39,956 bases of DNA from positions 1 through 39,956 of IMG/VR virus record IMGVR_UViG_3300032608_000514. One strand, 5' to 3'. Numbering within the stretch: position 1 is the stretch's first letter; every line of letters begins with the position of its first letter. This document shows, piece after piece, positions 1-9,942 of this stretch. The position numbers and the translations under genes are program-made. The notes under the pieces were generated by a model, which was given only the letters and a program-made list of their open reading frames with translations, was not told where the DNA came from and made no database searches. This DNA comes from a virus (lineage: Duplodnaviria; Caudoviricetes).

Positions 1-119
1 GTCCCAGCCATAGCCACGCTTGGCATTGAGGGAGTCCCATAAATCTATAAAGGGAAGAATAGTCATATTTTGCGTTCTGCATCCCTCGTCCCAAACATCT
101 TGAGTAGTTATCTCCTGCA
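1..119. repeat. Terminal direct repeat, copy 1 (circular-contig overlap)
   Basis: Identical to 39838-39956; an ORF reads through the join. Confidence 0.97.
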
Positions 120-654
120 ACCTCTCAACCCTTACCTCGGTAATCTCAAGGGTTAGCCGTGAAGCCCAGCGTGGCATAAAGATTGAGGGTCGCCATCGGC
201 AAGGTGATTGACTTATATCCCAAGTATAGATACCCTCTGCGTTCTGTTTACTGTGAGCCTTCTCTGCATCCTCGGTGCTTTGGATGGCAACTCGTTCATA
301 CCATTCCTCATAATTAAAGTTGTCTGTATTAAGTTCTTCCATTGTCTGCCCATCTTTGAAAGAGAACAGCATAGCCTCACCTTCCATAAAAGACTCAACT
401 CGCCAAGACTCCCTCACCCAGAGCAAGTCCCCTACCTGACCATAGGGGCAGGGGAAGTTCGGCTTTATATCTTTGCATAGTTCTGCCTCTGCTTGTAAAT
501 CAGCCATACTTGGCTTCCCTGCACTTCCTGATAAGAAAGCATCTCTTTCCCTAGAGGGTCGTCTGGGGTCTTTAACCACCCGCCTAGTCATAGTCTTCCT
601 GCCGCCAAAGATAGCTTTTACCATCTCCGTGCTGAATATGATTGGATGTTCCAT
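1..654 (-). CDS. ASCH-like conserved phage protein, 5' part (232 aa in total, spans the circular junction; absent from the ORF track)
   Basis: Hand translation: MEHPIIFSTEMVKAIFGGRKTMTRRVVK...CPYGQVGDLLWVRESW...WRPSIFMPRWASRLTLEITEVRVERLQEI...LWDSLNAKRGYGWD; GGAGG RBS upstream. Confidence 0.85.
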   Translation of the reverse strand, partial: MEHPIIFSTEMVKAIFGGRKTMTRRVVKDPRRPSRERDAFLSGSAGKPSMADLQAEAELCKDIKPNFPCPYGQVGDLLWVRESWRVESFMEGEAMLFSFKDGQTMEELNTDNFNYEEWYERVAIQSTEDAEKAHSKQNAEGIYTWDISQSPCRWRPSIFMPRWASRLTLEITEVRVERLQEITTQDVWDEGCRTQNMTILPFIDLWDSLNAKRGYGWD

Positions 655-1832
655 TACCTTAGCCTCCATAGACTTATAGTTACGACTAAAACAATTCCGA
701 TGATTAAGGCTATTATTATAATAAAGCTAGTACTCATCTAGCCTCCCATTACCTCAACTATAGCTATGCCTCCAGCTACGCAGAGCGCCAATAGAGCCAA
801 CAGCACCAGTATCGCTTTTAACCTCACCCTATCCACTTTCCACTCTCCATTCTTTTAGTTTGGCTTGCCACCTATTTGTGGTGGTTAATTGAATTAGGGG
901 TATGGCATCCCAATAGTGCGCTAATTCCTCCACCACTTCCTTTATCCCCGCCTTGAATGAGATTTCGGCTTGTTTTACTCTCTCCTCATAGGCATTGTCT
1001 CCCTCATATATCTTCCTGCTCATCACTGTATCTATAACTTTCATCCTACTTCACCTCCTTTACCCAGCCGTTAGGAATTTCGACCTCAACTTGATGCCCT
1101 TCATCGTAGAACTCTCTATGAGCTTCTCTATCCACTATAGCTAGCTCAGGGATGGAGAGTAACTTCTCAACTATTTTCTCGGGCATACCTATTGGCATAC
1201 TTATTTCCTCAAGCATCAGATAACCCATCCTTGATTTTATCCTGTCCCTTATCTCTGACATCTTTACCTCCCAAGTTTTGGTACGAACATATCCAACATC
1301 TTGAACGAGTAGAAGCCGGACTTAAACCGCTTGTCCTGCTTTAAGAAGAGGACTTCTAGCCTCCAGAGGTCATACTTACCATGGAGGTCTTCTCCTCCGC
1401 TGAACATATCAGTTACACAGTTGTGGCTAATTAGAGTAGATATACTACTACCGTCTTCTAGTTGCCTTTCTCCTATTAGCCTATAGTATAACTTAGCTTT
1501 ACTATGTAGCATTCCTTTTATCTCCAATGACTTTATATTCAATCGAATTACACCTTGAGCAGTGGTAATACCAAGCCCACTCCTCGTGAAACCAGACTCT
1601 CTTAGCTTTGACCTTAGCTCTACAATACCAACAAGTCATTTGAGTAGTCCTTTGTACTCATTATTGATATGAACCTGCATCAGTTCCGAACCTAGAGTAA
1701 AAGCCAATGCGATATGGTTAAGGTCTGTGGGTATATGACATTTTGGGCACTCATCAAAGTACAGTTTGTAGCTTACATCAGCATCATTTGAAATACTCTC
1801 CAATTGCTTTTTTAGTTCTTTAGCTTTCATAG

Positions 1833-2459
1833 TTACCTCCAAAACTCGTAAAGTCTTTTGGCTAGCTTCTGCCCTAGCCCACGTACTTCAGCTATCTCCT
1901 TAAGGTCAGCAGCGGCTACTAAGTTAAGGCTCGGGAACTTGAGTTTAATCTCCTTAGCCTTAGCAGTTGATATGCCATAAACTTGGGATAAGACACCTAT
2001 GTAAGGGTCGCCAGAAGGAGACCTAGCTATACTGGCATGGAACTCCTTTGAGTAGTATTCCCTCAGCTCAAATATCCTCTCTACAGTGTGAGCTAGGCTT
2101 GTAGTAATCTGCAACCGGCAACCCAAGTCCTGCAGTGTCTGCAGGGCATTCCAAACCTGCTCCCAGGTGAACCTTTCTCTCTTTTCACCATATAAGTAGC
2201 CACCTTCCTGAGCCCAGTGCCCTTCAATAAGCAGTATTGGGAAAGTTGAAGCTTCAACCAAGTTGCGGCATTGACGCTGTAGCTGTCCAGACTGTAGGTC
2301 AGTCAATAGCTGTGCTACTGTCTTACGCTCTACTAGCACTGCTTCACCGGCTACATCTTGAAACTCAAAGTCGCCACACTGCAGAGCTTCTGGTGTCCAG
2401 CCAGCTCTAACCAAGGGCGTGGTAATATCATTTGGTTCTCTTGTATCTACTTTAGGCAC
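1833..2459 (-). CDS. ERCC4/XPF-family nuclease (putative resolvase) with C-terminal HhH
   Basis: VDTREP, GDF, VERKT..L, ILLIEG motifs; HhH-like GLGQKLA. Confidence 0.88.
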   Translation of the reverse strand: MPKVDTREPNDITTPLVRAGWTPEALQCGDFEFQDVAGEAVLVERKTVAQLLTDLQSGQLQRQCRNLVEASTFPILLIEGHWAQEGGYLYGEKRERFTWEQVWNALQTLQDLGCRLQITTSLAHTVERIFELREYYSKEFHASIARSPSGDPYIGVLSQVYGISTAKAKEIKLKFPSLNLVAAADLKEIAEVRGLGQKLAKRLYEFWR

Positions 2460-2484
2460 TTATTCCCTCCTTTTATTCCCTTTT

Positions 2485-2649
2485 GAGCTTGCTGAAGCTG
2501 GTGGGCTAAAGCCCTGTTCATTCCGCACCATTAAGCCGTCTTACTCTAGCTCACTCCAGCAAGCTCGCTCACTTTTCTGACCTCCTTATATCGGCTCGCT
2601 ACTGACAGCTCTTAATAATTATTTAGCTCGTAGCGAGCCGATTAAGGAG
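2485..2649 (-). ncRNA. Candidate structured RNA (two long hairpins)
   Basis: 13-bp stem 2485-2497/2554-2566 (G-U pair only on the minus strand); stem 2582-2602/2630-2649. Confidence 0.4.
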
Positions 2650-2650
2650 A

Positions 2651-3256
2651 TTAGATAGCTTTCTCGACAGCAGCGCCGGCGTCAAGGGTTCTCAAGCCGC
2701 TGATACGCACTTCGCCCAGGCCTTTCGGGTCTCGGCTCCAGTCAGCATAGCAACCAAGCGGGAACTTGATGCTATACTTGACTACGCCGTTCACGGCTGT
2801 ATGAGCTATGTTGAGCCCGTCAAGCACGTCCTTTTCCTTAAATGCACCTTTGGTGAACTCAGCTGCGATAACACCGCGCCCCTGAGCTTTGAGCTTCGGG
2901 TCATCGGTCTCGAAGATGAACCACCTCTGCTCCTTCTCAGTAAAGGTGGGCTTCATAGATTCGACCAACTTGGACTTAAAGAAGCCTTCTTGGGACGGCA
3001 TAAAGAATTGTGAACCACCACGCTTGAAAGACTCCTCATCCACATGGTCCTCAAAGTCAGTTGCTCCACTTTCAGCAGCAGGCGCTGGTGCTGGAGCCGC
3101 AACTTCAGCAGAAGCTGGACCTAAAGTTGCTACACCTTCAACTATGGTGCCTCCAGCTTTGGTAAATGCTTCCTTATCTGCATCAGTTGCTACTCCTGCG
3201 TCGATTATAGCTTTCAATCTTTCTTGTTCTGTAGCCATTAGTTTTTGTACCTCCAA
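2651..3256 (-). CDS. Putative ssDNA-binding protein (DUF669-like, from context)
   Basis: Lies just downstream of the AAA_24 ATPase; beta-rich C-terminal half; weak motif support. Confidence 0.4.
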   Translation of the reverse strand: MEVQKLMATEQERLKAIIDAGVATDADKEAFTKAGGTIVEGVATLGPASAEVAAPAPAPAAESGATDFEDHVDEESFKRGGSQFFMPSQEGFFKSKLVESMKPTFTEKEQRWFIFETDDPKLKAQGRGVIAAEFTKGAFKEKDVLDGLNIAHTAVNGVVKYSIKFPLGCYADWSRDPKGLGEVRISGLRTLDAGAAVEKAI

Positions 3257-3639
3257 TCTAGTTTAGTATTAGCTATAGCTAAGATTAACCTAGTAGTTAT
3301 TACTTATACTACATCACCTCCTTTACACTTCGTCTGTGAATTCTCCTTACAGAAGAAGCTGGCACTACCCAAGACAATTGAGTACGGTCTTCATCCATGT
3401 GAATGTTAATAGCATCTGAGTTGCCGCGTGGCTCTCCGATAGTACCTTTCTGCCCCTTCCTTGCATACGCAAACCATAACCATCTTCTAGCATCTACCTC
3501 ATCTACTACTACCACCCTTGTTCCTTGTCTAAACATAGCCTGCCTCCTTTACTTTAACAGCTTGCTATCACTACCCAGATAAAGGTAACATACAAAGCTC
3601 CCATCAAGACTAGCAGTACAATCATAGGTTTATTGAATA

Positions 3640-4452
3640 TCACAGCCCCGTCCCAATCTTCTTTTCGGCATCGTTCTCCGGCTCACCTTTATGGTTAATA
3701 TAAGCTAATACTTTAGCTATAGTTGGGCTTACCCAGGTTCTGCCCTCTCCGAACCGGCTCTTAGTCTCCACTCTAGGATGGTTACGGCACGACAAGCAGT
3801 AGTATGACCGGCTATCATCCTTGCCAAGCGTAGATATAAAGGTTTCAGCAACCAGGCTAAACCTAGCCGGGAAAGTAGTTCTGACTTGTCCTGATAGCTG
3901 TGGGTAGATGTGTTCCTCCTGAGTACGTGGGTTCTTAGCCACACCTTCAAGCGTAGTGAATAGCTTCACTTTGTACGGCAACTTTAAGACTTCAGATGTA
4001 AAGCTCTCTAAGGCCGTAAACAGCTCACCCCACTGCTGTATCTGCATCCGCCTTTCGCCCAGTAGCAGTTGTTCTCTAGCTTTACGCTGGAACTCAGTAA
4101 CGCCTTTATCCTTGATGAGCTTATCATCTGCCCAGCTCTTAGGCTCAAGTATTACTTTACGCTCTGCTGTCTTCTGCATGGCACCGAAGTCGTCTATGGC
4201 TATGCAGTCGTAGTCCTTTGAAGCGACTACTATCTGGGCATAGCATTTCCATATATCGAGCCAGTTCTCGATGATTATGACCTCCGGGTTGAAGCCCATA
4301 CTGGTAATAGTCTCAAGCCCTCTAGCATCTGAGGTTACTACCAGCGTCTTTGGCATCAGCTCAACAAGTGTACCTATAAGGTGTGTTTTACCGGTACCAC
4401 TACCGCCGATTACTAGGATGTTCTTTGGTTGTTCGATTTCACTTAGCTTCAT
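3640..4452 (-). CDS. AAA_24 / Sak4-like ATPase
   Basis: Walker A GGSGTGKT, Walker B CIAIDD, QQWG motif, TKSR near the C-terminus. Confidence 0.85.
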   Translation of the reverse strand: MKLSEIEQPKNILVIGGSGTGKTHLIGTLVELMPKTLVVTSDARGLETITSMGFNPEVIIIENWLDIWKCYAQIVVASKDYDCIAIDDFGAMQKTAERKVILEPKSWADDKLIKDKGVTEFQRKAREQLLLGERRMQIQQWGELFTALESFTSEVLKLPYKVKLFTTLEGVAKNPRTQEEHIYPQLSGQVRTTFPARFSLVAETFISTLGKDDSRSYYCLSCRNHPRVETKSRFGEGRTWVSPTIAKVLAYINHKGEPENDAEKKIGTGL

Positions 4453-4807
4453 CTAATTTCCTCCTTAGCTCAATTTCTGTTATCTCAATAAGCGTTTCTC
4501 GGATGTCTAATAGAAGTGTGAGTGCCAATATGGAGAAGCCGTGAGCACCTCCTTTTGGCCAATCCTTATTGACTTGTTCTATTGTTTCCCTAACTCGCTT
4601 TGTTGGCAATGACCTCATTTCAAGCCTCCTTTCTCCTCATTTGCCCTGACAATTCCTGCCTAGCAATATCCACATAGCACTTCTTACATCGACCGGTGAA
4701 GTGCGGCATCTTTGACCGGCTTTCCTGTGTCCATCTCCCTTCCTTGCATACTGGACAAATTACCCAGATGTACCAGAACAAGCCTACTTTCCTTCTAAAA
4801 TCTGTTT

Positions 4808-5632
4808 TCATTTTAAGTAGTTAGCCTCCAAATAGTCTTGACAAGCTGACCAGTCAGCTGTCTCGTGCAAAAAACAAGGCAACCAGAACTGGCACCGGTT
4901 GGGGCAGTCAAAGGCAAAGTGAGGCTCATAAAGATACTTCTCATAGTTATTAACAGCCTTGACTGTCTTGTCTGATATACCAAGCCACTGGATACTCTTA
5001 AAGAGCTTTTCGCCTCCTTCTAGCCTTGGTGGCCTAATGTGTCTGAATATGCCCTCCTCTGAGATAACATCGTAGATTACCAACTTGATAGTATCATCAT
5101 ATCCTGGCGGAACCCAAAAGCGAGGAAGAGTATTGGATAGCACATGGGCATACAGGTCAACTTGTCCTGATACATCATACCACCGCATATCAGGCGACTT
5201 GCTAGTCTTGTAGTCAACTATAACTCTCTGCTCTTCTGGCTCTGCGTAGTGAGCTATAAGGTCAACATGGCATACTACATTACCTAGCTTCAATTCAGTT
5301 TCAACCAGCGGTGCTGTGTAGTCTTTAGCCCAGTGCTCAATATAGCGGCTAGCTAGTTCTTTAGCCCTCTTAGCACTTGCTTCAAGCTCCTTTAGAGCCT
5401 TAGCTTGCTTACTGCTATCATCTAGCTTCTCGAGCCTTACTATTACCTGTTGCCCTGCGACTTGAATAGCTTCTAGCCAGTCAGTACCTCTGAAGTGAGC
5501 TGCTGTAGCAGCGTGAACAAACTGCCCAGTCATTAAAGGCTCAGGAGTTTCAATAGGCTTATACCCGAGCAAGCCAAAGCCATATAGCCTAGGACATTTT
5601 CGGTATGTACTTAAACCTGTGTAGCTAGCCAT
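4808..5632 (-). CDS. PD-(D/E)XK (Cas4/RecB-like) exonuclease
   Basis: SYTGLSTYRKCPR, GQFVH, VDLI..IVDYKT, QVDLY, C-terminal CxxxC..C. Confidence 0.85.
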   Translation of the reverse strand: MASYTGLSTYRKCPRLYGFGLLGYKPIETPEPLMTGQFVHAATAAHFRGTDWLEAIQVAGQQVIVRLEKLDDSSKQAKALKELEASAKRAKELASRYIEHWAKDYTAPLVETELKLGNVVCHVDLIAHYAEPEEQRVIVDYKTSKSPDMRWYDVSGQVDLYAHVLSNTLPRFWVPPGYDDTIKLVIYDVISEEGIFRHIRPPRLEGGEKLFKSIQWLGISDKTVKAVNNYEKYLYEPHFAFDCPNRCQFWLPCFLHETADWSACQDYLEANYLK

Positions 5633-5991
5633 TATTTACCTCCATCTATAAGTTTCTCAATTGCAAGACATAGAGCTAGGGCTGGAGTTTCTGATATAGA
5701 ATCACATATTGTGTTGTGTACACTTTTTACTAATACCTCAGCCTGCACACCACATATAATTCCACCTTGGTGTGCTCCATAAGAGAATGTAATATCTAAT
5801 CCTGTAATCCAGCGATTTGTCCCCTCAACCTTCTTATCTAGCTTCGGCACAAGCCACTTAAAGCAGGCATCTAGGGATTGGGTGAAGTTAAGTTCCTCTC
5901 TACGCAAAACATTATCTACATACCAGAGAAACTCCTCATCATCTTTCCCTACCCATTCTGCCAGCTTTTTATTAAGTTCTTGTTCTGTCAT
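5632..5991 (-). CDS. Phage ABA-sandwich-like protein
   Basis: FTQSLDACFKWLVPKL and ETPALALCLAIEK motifs. Confidence 0.55.
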   Translation of the reverse strand: MTEQELNKKLAEWVGKDDEEFLWYVDNVLRREELNFTQSLDACFKWLVPKLDKKVEGTNRWITGLDITFSYGAHQGGIICGVQAEVLVKSVHNTICDSISETPALALCLAIEKLIDGGK

Positions 5992-6522
5992 TTAGGCTTC
6001 CAATCCTTCCTGCTTTCAATGCGGAAAGCAGCTCTTACTGCTTTAATTCCCTCTTCCATAGTGAAGTCTTTACCAAGCTTCTTCCTGGCGTCCTTCATTA
6101 CAGCTTCCATCTTGAATAGCTCATCAGCAGTAAAGACTTCCCGCTCCATGCACATAGCTGAGAGAGCCAGGGTAAAGTCGATTAGTTGACTAAGCGCTGT
6201 CTGAGCTTTCTCAAGCGCAGTTGGTACCCTTGTCCACTCAAATGGAAACTGTGGTCTGTGGTCATCTTTTGGCATCACTTCTCTCCTTTCTTAGCTTTCT
6301 TTTTGCCAACTACTGTGTGCCGGTAACCACTACCCGGAGCATTAACTCCGGCATAGTGCTCTGATGCAGTTTGGTACTTACCACAAGTAAGAGGCTCAAG
6401 CCCACAGTGACCACCTACAAGGCTCACACCTTGGTCAAAAGGAGCATCAACTGCATGTGGCTTTACCTCCCAGCTAGGTTCTCCATTACAGTAGCCCATT
6501 GAATCTTTGACACATCTCCACG

Positions 6523-6750
6523 TTACCATTGTCGTTCTCCCTCCTTAAAAGGTAAGCTAATAGCAGTATCAGCTTTAGCCAATAGCTCTTGAGTTGCTTC
6601 TCTAGTGTTGTCAATAGCTTTATTTAAGCCCATGCCGTGGTTCTTACCTCCACAGCAGCAGATACACTCTGCGCCTTTAGCGCCGTAGCACCGGCTATTG
6701 CAAGTCCTAGTCTTACCTCCGCTTGTCCTTTCTACAATCAGAGCTACCAT
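6523..6750 (-). CDS. Small Cys-rich phage protein
   Basis: CNSRCYGAKGAECICCCGGKNHG; coupled to both neighbours. Confidence 0.6.
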   Translation of the reverse strand: MVALIVERTSGGKTRTCNSRCYGAKGAECICCCGGKNHGMGLNKAIDNTREATQELLAKADTAISLPFKEGERQW

Positions 6751-7067
6751 TATTCCTGCACCTTTAGCTGCCTTACAGTAAGCACTACTGACACTGATTC
6801 CCTCAGCAGCTTGTTGAAAGTAGCTTCGTCCAGTAGCTCCTTAGCTTCCTTTACCGAGATGCGCTGGCTTACCCTAGTATCAATCCAGGCTTTAAGGTTA
6901 CTATCAGCTATAGTGTACTCCCTCATACCGGTAGTTTTGAAAGCTTCCAGTATAGAAGCTTTGGCTACCTCCAAGCTCATTTCAATGCGCTTCTTTTCTT
7001 CCTGTAGTTTGTGGTAATACTCAACTGTCTCAGTTAGCTGTCCTAGAGCGGTTCGTTCAGTTACCAT
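6750..7067 (-). CDS. Coiled-coil protein, Gp157-like
   Basis: N-terminal coiled coil followed by short beta strands; upstream of the recombination module. Confidence 0.4.
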   Translation of the reverse strand: MVTERTALGQLTETVEYYHKLQEEKKRIEMSLEVAKASILEAFKTTGMREYTIADSNLKAWIDTRVSQRISVKEAKELLDEATFNKLLRESVSVVLTVRQLKVQE

Positions 7068-7302
7068 TATCTATTCTCCTTAACGTATTCCTTCATCTGC
7101 TCCTCAAGCTTACCTAGTTCTTCAATTAAGCCATGTAAGCCGGCAAAGTAGGCAGTTGCAATCCACTTCCTCTTATCAGCTTTTGTTGTCTTTCTGCCCA
7201 TCGTCCACTCTCTACCTTCGTCAGCTCGCTTAATCCTTGACTCAGCGATTGAACTAGCACTGAACTTGAGCGCCTTCTCTATAAGTGTATCTGGCCTATA
7301 AC

Positions 7303-7461
7303 TCATTGCTTACCTCCTTTTACGAACTTCTCGTACTGCTCTTCAGTTACCCTTACCAAGCCATCTATCTTAAGCGATTCTAGCTTGCCACTATATATCC
7401 ACCGGTAAACAGTCTGAGGGTGTACCTTGAGCTTTTCAGCTATTTCATTTACTGTTAGCAT
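7303..7461 (-). CDS. Excisionase-like HTH_17 DNA-binding protein (52 aa, not in ORF track)
   Basis: MLTVNEIAEKLKVHPQTVYRWIYSGKLESLKIDGLVRVTEEQYEKFVKGGKQ; GGAGGTG RBS. Confidence 0.85.
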   Translation of the reverse strand: MLTVNEIAEKLKVHPQTVYRWIYSGKLESLKIDGLVRVTEEQYEKFVKGGKQ

Positions 7462-7672
7462 TCGCACCTCCTTTGCTTAAAATGAGCTTCTGGCCCTTGC
7501 CCAAGCCTAAACCAGTTCCAAAGACTCCAAAGTGGTAAGGGCATAGGTTAGCCCAGTATCCATATATTGTTTTAGCGTCGTACATTTCGTTAAAAGTTCT
7601 TCCGCAATAATCGCACTCGGGAAGCTTAATTACCTTAACCTCAGTATGAGGTTTAACCTTGCTTTGGTTCAT
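7445..7672 (-). CDS. Zn-binding conserved phage protein
   Basis: CDYC...YDAKT..GYWANLCPYH...GTGLGLGKGQ. Confidence 0.6.
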   Translation of the reverse strand: MNQSKVKPHTEVKVIKLPECDYCGRTFNEMYDAKTIYGYWANLCPYHFGVFGTGLGLGKGQKLILSKGGANANSK

Positions 7673-7868
7673 TGCCTACACCTCCAACTGGATAGATTGT
7701 CTTATGCCCACACACTTTGCAGACCCAAGCCTCAAACATTACCTTGCCGGTTTCAGCACCAACAATGTCCTTCTTAGGATTCCTCTCCCAAGAGTCCCTT
7801 GACTTACACTCCCGGCAATATACGGGCTTGCTCATCTTTTCTACTCCTTTACTACTTATTATGAACTA

Positions 7869-8081
7869 CTAATCAAGCTCGTTATATTTTTCTATGGCAT
7901 CTGCAAAATTGGCAGCATCTAGGACTATTACCCCGCTCCTGCTTACCCTAAAATAAGACATACCTTCGGGCAACTTCGTGATAACAGTCAATCGCTTGCT
8001 TGTGTTCCCGCCCGCACTAGAGGCTAGAATATGAGTAGCCTCGTAGCCGTCAAAATCAGTTGCTTTAATTGTATGTTTCAT
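7869..8081 (-). CDS. Hypothetical protein (site-bounded)
   Basis: ORF fills the interval between two sites; stop codon lies in the site arm. Confidence 0.75.
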   Translation of the reverse strand: MKHTIKATDFDGYEATHILASSAGGNTSKRLTVITKLPEGMSYFRVSRSGVIVLDAANFADAIEKYNELD

Positions 8082-8116
8082 TTCCTATTCCCCCCTTAAC
8101 TGCTTAGTTACAAGTG

Positions 8117-8281
8117 TTAAACAAACCTAGGAAACTCCCTCTTTGTTTTTTTAGGTTCTAGTTCAGTAAGGCGTTCCCTTAATAGGTTCTCATAATCTGC
8201 TAGCTCAGCTATTGTCATAGTTTTGACATCCCGTTCATGGTAAGCTACTAAACGCTTGTGATTCGCCTCTGTCATTGCCAT
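8117..8281 (-). CDS. Hypothetical 54-aa protein (site-bounded, not in ORF track)
   Basis: MAMTEANHKRLVAYHERDVK...REFPRFV*; AGGAGG RBS; TAA inside the site arm. Confidence 0.7.
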   Translation of the reverse strand: MAMTEANHKRLVAYHERDVKTMTIAELADYENLLRERLTELEPKKTKREFPRFV

Positions 8282-8317
8282 CTCTCTTTACCTCCTTTAA
8301 CTATCGTTATGGAACTG

Positions 8318-8647
8318 TTAAGCTTTAAGCAAGTCTTTGAATTTGTCTTTGAATTTGCTCATCCCTTCACGTAGTTCTTCATTGTGCTTTTGAGTAGCCT
8401 TTGCTGTTTCCTCTCGGTTCATATACTCATTTATCTGATATTGTAAGGCGCTTATGTCGTCTATATTCATCCACTGTGCTGGATGCGGATAATCAAGCGG
8501 GAATATTACTTTTAATTGAGTCTCTGGCTTAGTATAAGCGTGTTTTTTCCCATCTTCGTCTTCCCAGTAATCGTCAGGCACCCAAGTTTGTTCTTCGAAG
8601 GTAAAGCCTAAATCCTTTGCCTTTGCTAATAACTCCTGCCAGTTCAT
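8318..8647 (-). CDS. Hypothetical protein (site-bounded)
   Basis: RBS abuts one site; TAA lies inside the next. Confidence 0.75.
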   Translation of the reverse strand: MNWQELLAKAKDLGFTFEEQTWVPDDYWEDEDGKKHAYTKPETQLKVIFPLDYPHPAQWMNIDDISALQYQINEYMNREETAKATQKHNEELREGMSKFKDKFKDLLKA

Positions 8648-8680
8648 TGTTTCTTCTCCTTAACTTTATCGTTGCATGTG

Positions 8681-9574
8681 TTAACTTTCAAATAGCTCGT
8701 TCCAGCGCTCAATTACGTCAGCTATTTGCTCACGTTCTTTCTCTTGCTCAGCTACAGCCTCTTCCCACTTTTCCTCATCTCTCTCAGCTAAGATATGCTC
8801 CTCTATTAGGTTGGCTATGTATTGTGGTTCCAGAGCATCTAGCTCCCATGATTTGTCTCCGTATTCAGCTACATAACTACCGAACCGGGAATCAGTCATC
8901 TTAGCTGGGTTAGGCGGTGGCTGTACCTCTTCTATTTGCTCCATGGTTAAAGCTATACGCCTAACTTCAACATCTCCATAGCTGAATAGGTCTAGCCTAT
9001 CTTTGATGTCTCGTGTCATATCAATACCGCTAGGGTCGTGGTCTCCTAGGTGAAGGATGATAGTTCTTTGGTCGTTCTGGTCGTACCGGAGTATCCGCCT
9101 AGCAGCACGCCACATCTCTGAATCTGAGACATAGCCTCGGCACGAAAAGAAAGGTACGTCGTTCTCCTTACATACCTTCTCAATGACGCCTACTAGCGCA
9201 TCCTTCTCAATCCATACTTCCATTCGGACATCTTGGGTAGCCCATAAGTCTCTGTGGTAGCCGTCTCTTGCTGATTGTAGTATGCTTTGAGGGTCGTCCC
9301 AAGAGCTAAGTTCACGTAGGAAGCGAGTACGGTCTTCAATAGCGTTCCAGTCAATCCTACCGGCACGCCTAGCATCACTAACAATAGTACCTAGCTTATT
9401 GTAGGCTGCCTCAGTGTTAAGCAACAATGCTCTGGCTACAAACTGGTAGTATAGCTGCCTTAGTGTGAGGCTGAATCCTTGCGCTTGGTACTGTTCGATT
9501 ATCTGCTCTGCAGAGGCGATGGTTTCCTCTGTCTGAGCTGTGAACTTCTTCTTTATGTAGGCTATTTTTGGCAT
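8681..9574 (-). CDS. Topoisomerase VI subunit A/Spo11-like protein (wHTH + TOPRIM)
   Basis: TLRQLYY (candidate catalytic Tyr), VWIEKDAL, RGY, GDHDPSG, RIALT, WELDAL. Confidence 0.8.
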   Translation of the reverse strand: MPKIAYIKKKFTAQTEETIASAEQIIEQYQAQGFSLTLRQLYYQFVARALLLNTEAAYNKLGTIVSDARRAGRIDWNAIEDRTRFLRELSSWDDPQSILQSARDGYHRDLWATQDVRMEVWIEKDALVGVIEKVCKENDVPFFSCRGYVSDSEMWRAARRILRYDQNDQRTIILHLGDHDPSGIDMTRDIKDRLDLFSYGDVEVRRIALTMEQIEEVQPPPNPAKMTDSRFGSYVAEYGDKSWELDALEPQYIANLIEEHILAERDEEKWEEAVAEQEKEREQIADVIERWNELFES

Positions 9575-9680
9575 TTACCCGTAACTCCTTTATACTATCT
9601 TATACTTACTTATACTGTAAGTGTAAACTACTTTAACCATATACACAAGCCCGATGACAGTTAAGTTTGACTACACTGAC

Positions 9681-9700
9681 TTATACATCTTTATACATCT
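9681..9700. promoter_or_regulatory. Tandem 10-mer TTATACATCT x2 (putative operator or iteron)
   Basis: Near-identical tandem pair at 13747-13766; both are intergenic. Confidence 0.45.
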
Positions 9701-9737
9701 CCAGCATACTCACTATCTCATACATTTACTGGCTTTT

Positions 9738-9941
9738 TCACTGGTTTGCTATAGAATAGCCGGCTATCGCCATTAAAGCCAAGCCTGAGAGTATCCTTAC
9801 TAGCCTTACCCAGTGGTCTTTACGCCAAGTCTGCTTGCCACCTTGGTAATCAGGAGCATTCATATATAATGTAATGCTTAAGATACCGTCCCAAAGCACA
9901 GTACAACCTAATATACCTACAATGTACCATAGTAATACCAT
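9738..9941 (-). CDS. Small two-TM membrane protein
   Basis: Two hydrophobic segments; last gene of the que cluster. Confidence 0.6.
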   Translation of the reverse strand: MVLLWYIVGILGCTVLWDGILSITLYMNAPDYQGGKQTWRKDHWVRLVRILSGLALMAIAGYSIANQ

Positions 9942-9942
9942 A

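Larger units (their letters stand above)
7848..8684. repeat. Left array of TTAAC-N15-GTTAA gene-boundary sites
   Basis: Exact copies at 8096-8120, 8297-8321 and 8660-8684; degenerate TTTAC-N15-ACTAA at 7848-7872. Confidence 0.9.

Noticed and set aside
1-119. Biological terminal repeat of a linear genome
   Set aside because: It falls mid-gene and 119 is a common assembler k-mer length, so circular overlap is the simpler explanation.
208-679. Track ORFs 208-480, 213-398 and 473-679
   Set aside because: They are shadows of the junction-spanning minus-strand gene.
4808-5632. Cas4 of a CRISPR system
   Set aside because: No array or other cas genes; it sits in a phage recombination module.
9633-9664. 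TTAAC-N22-GTTAA upstream of the TopoVI-A-like gene
   Set aside because: Spacing is 22 rather than 15 and it is not adjacent to an RBS; possibly chance.
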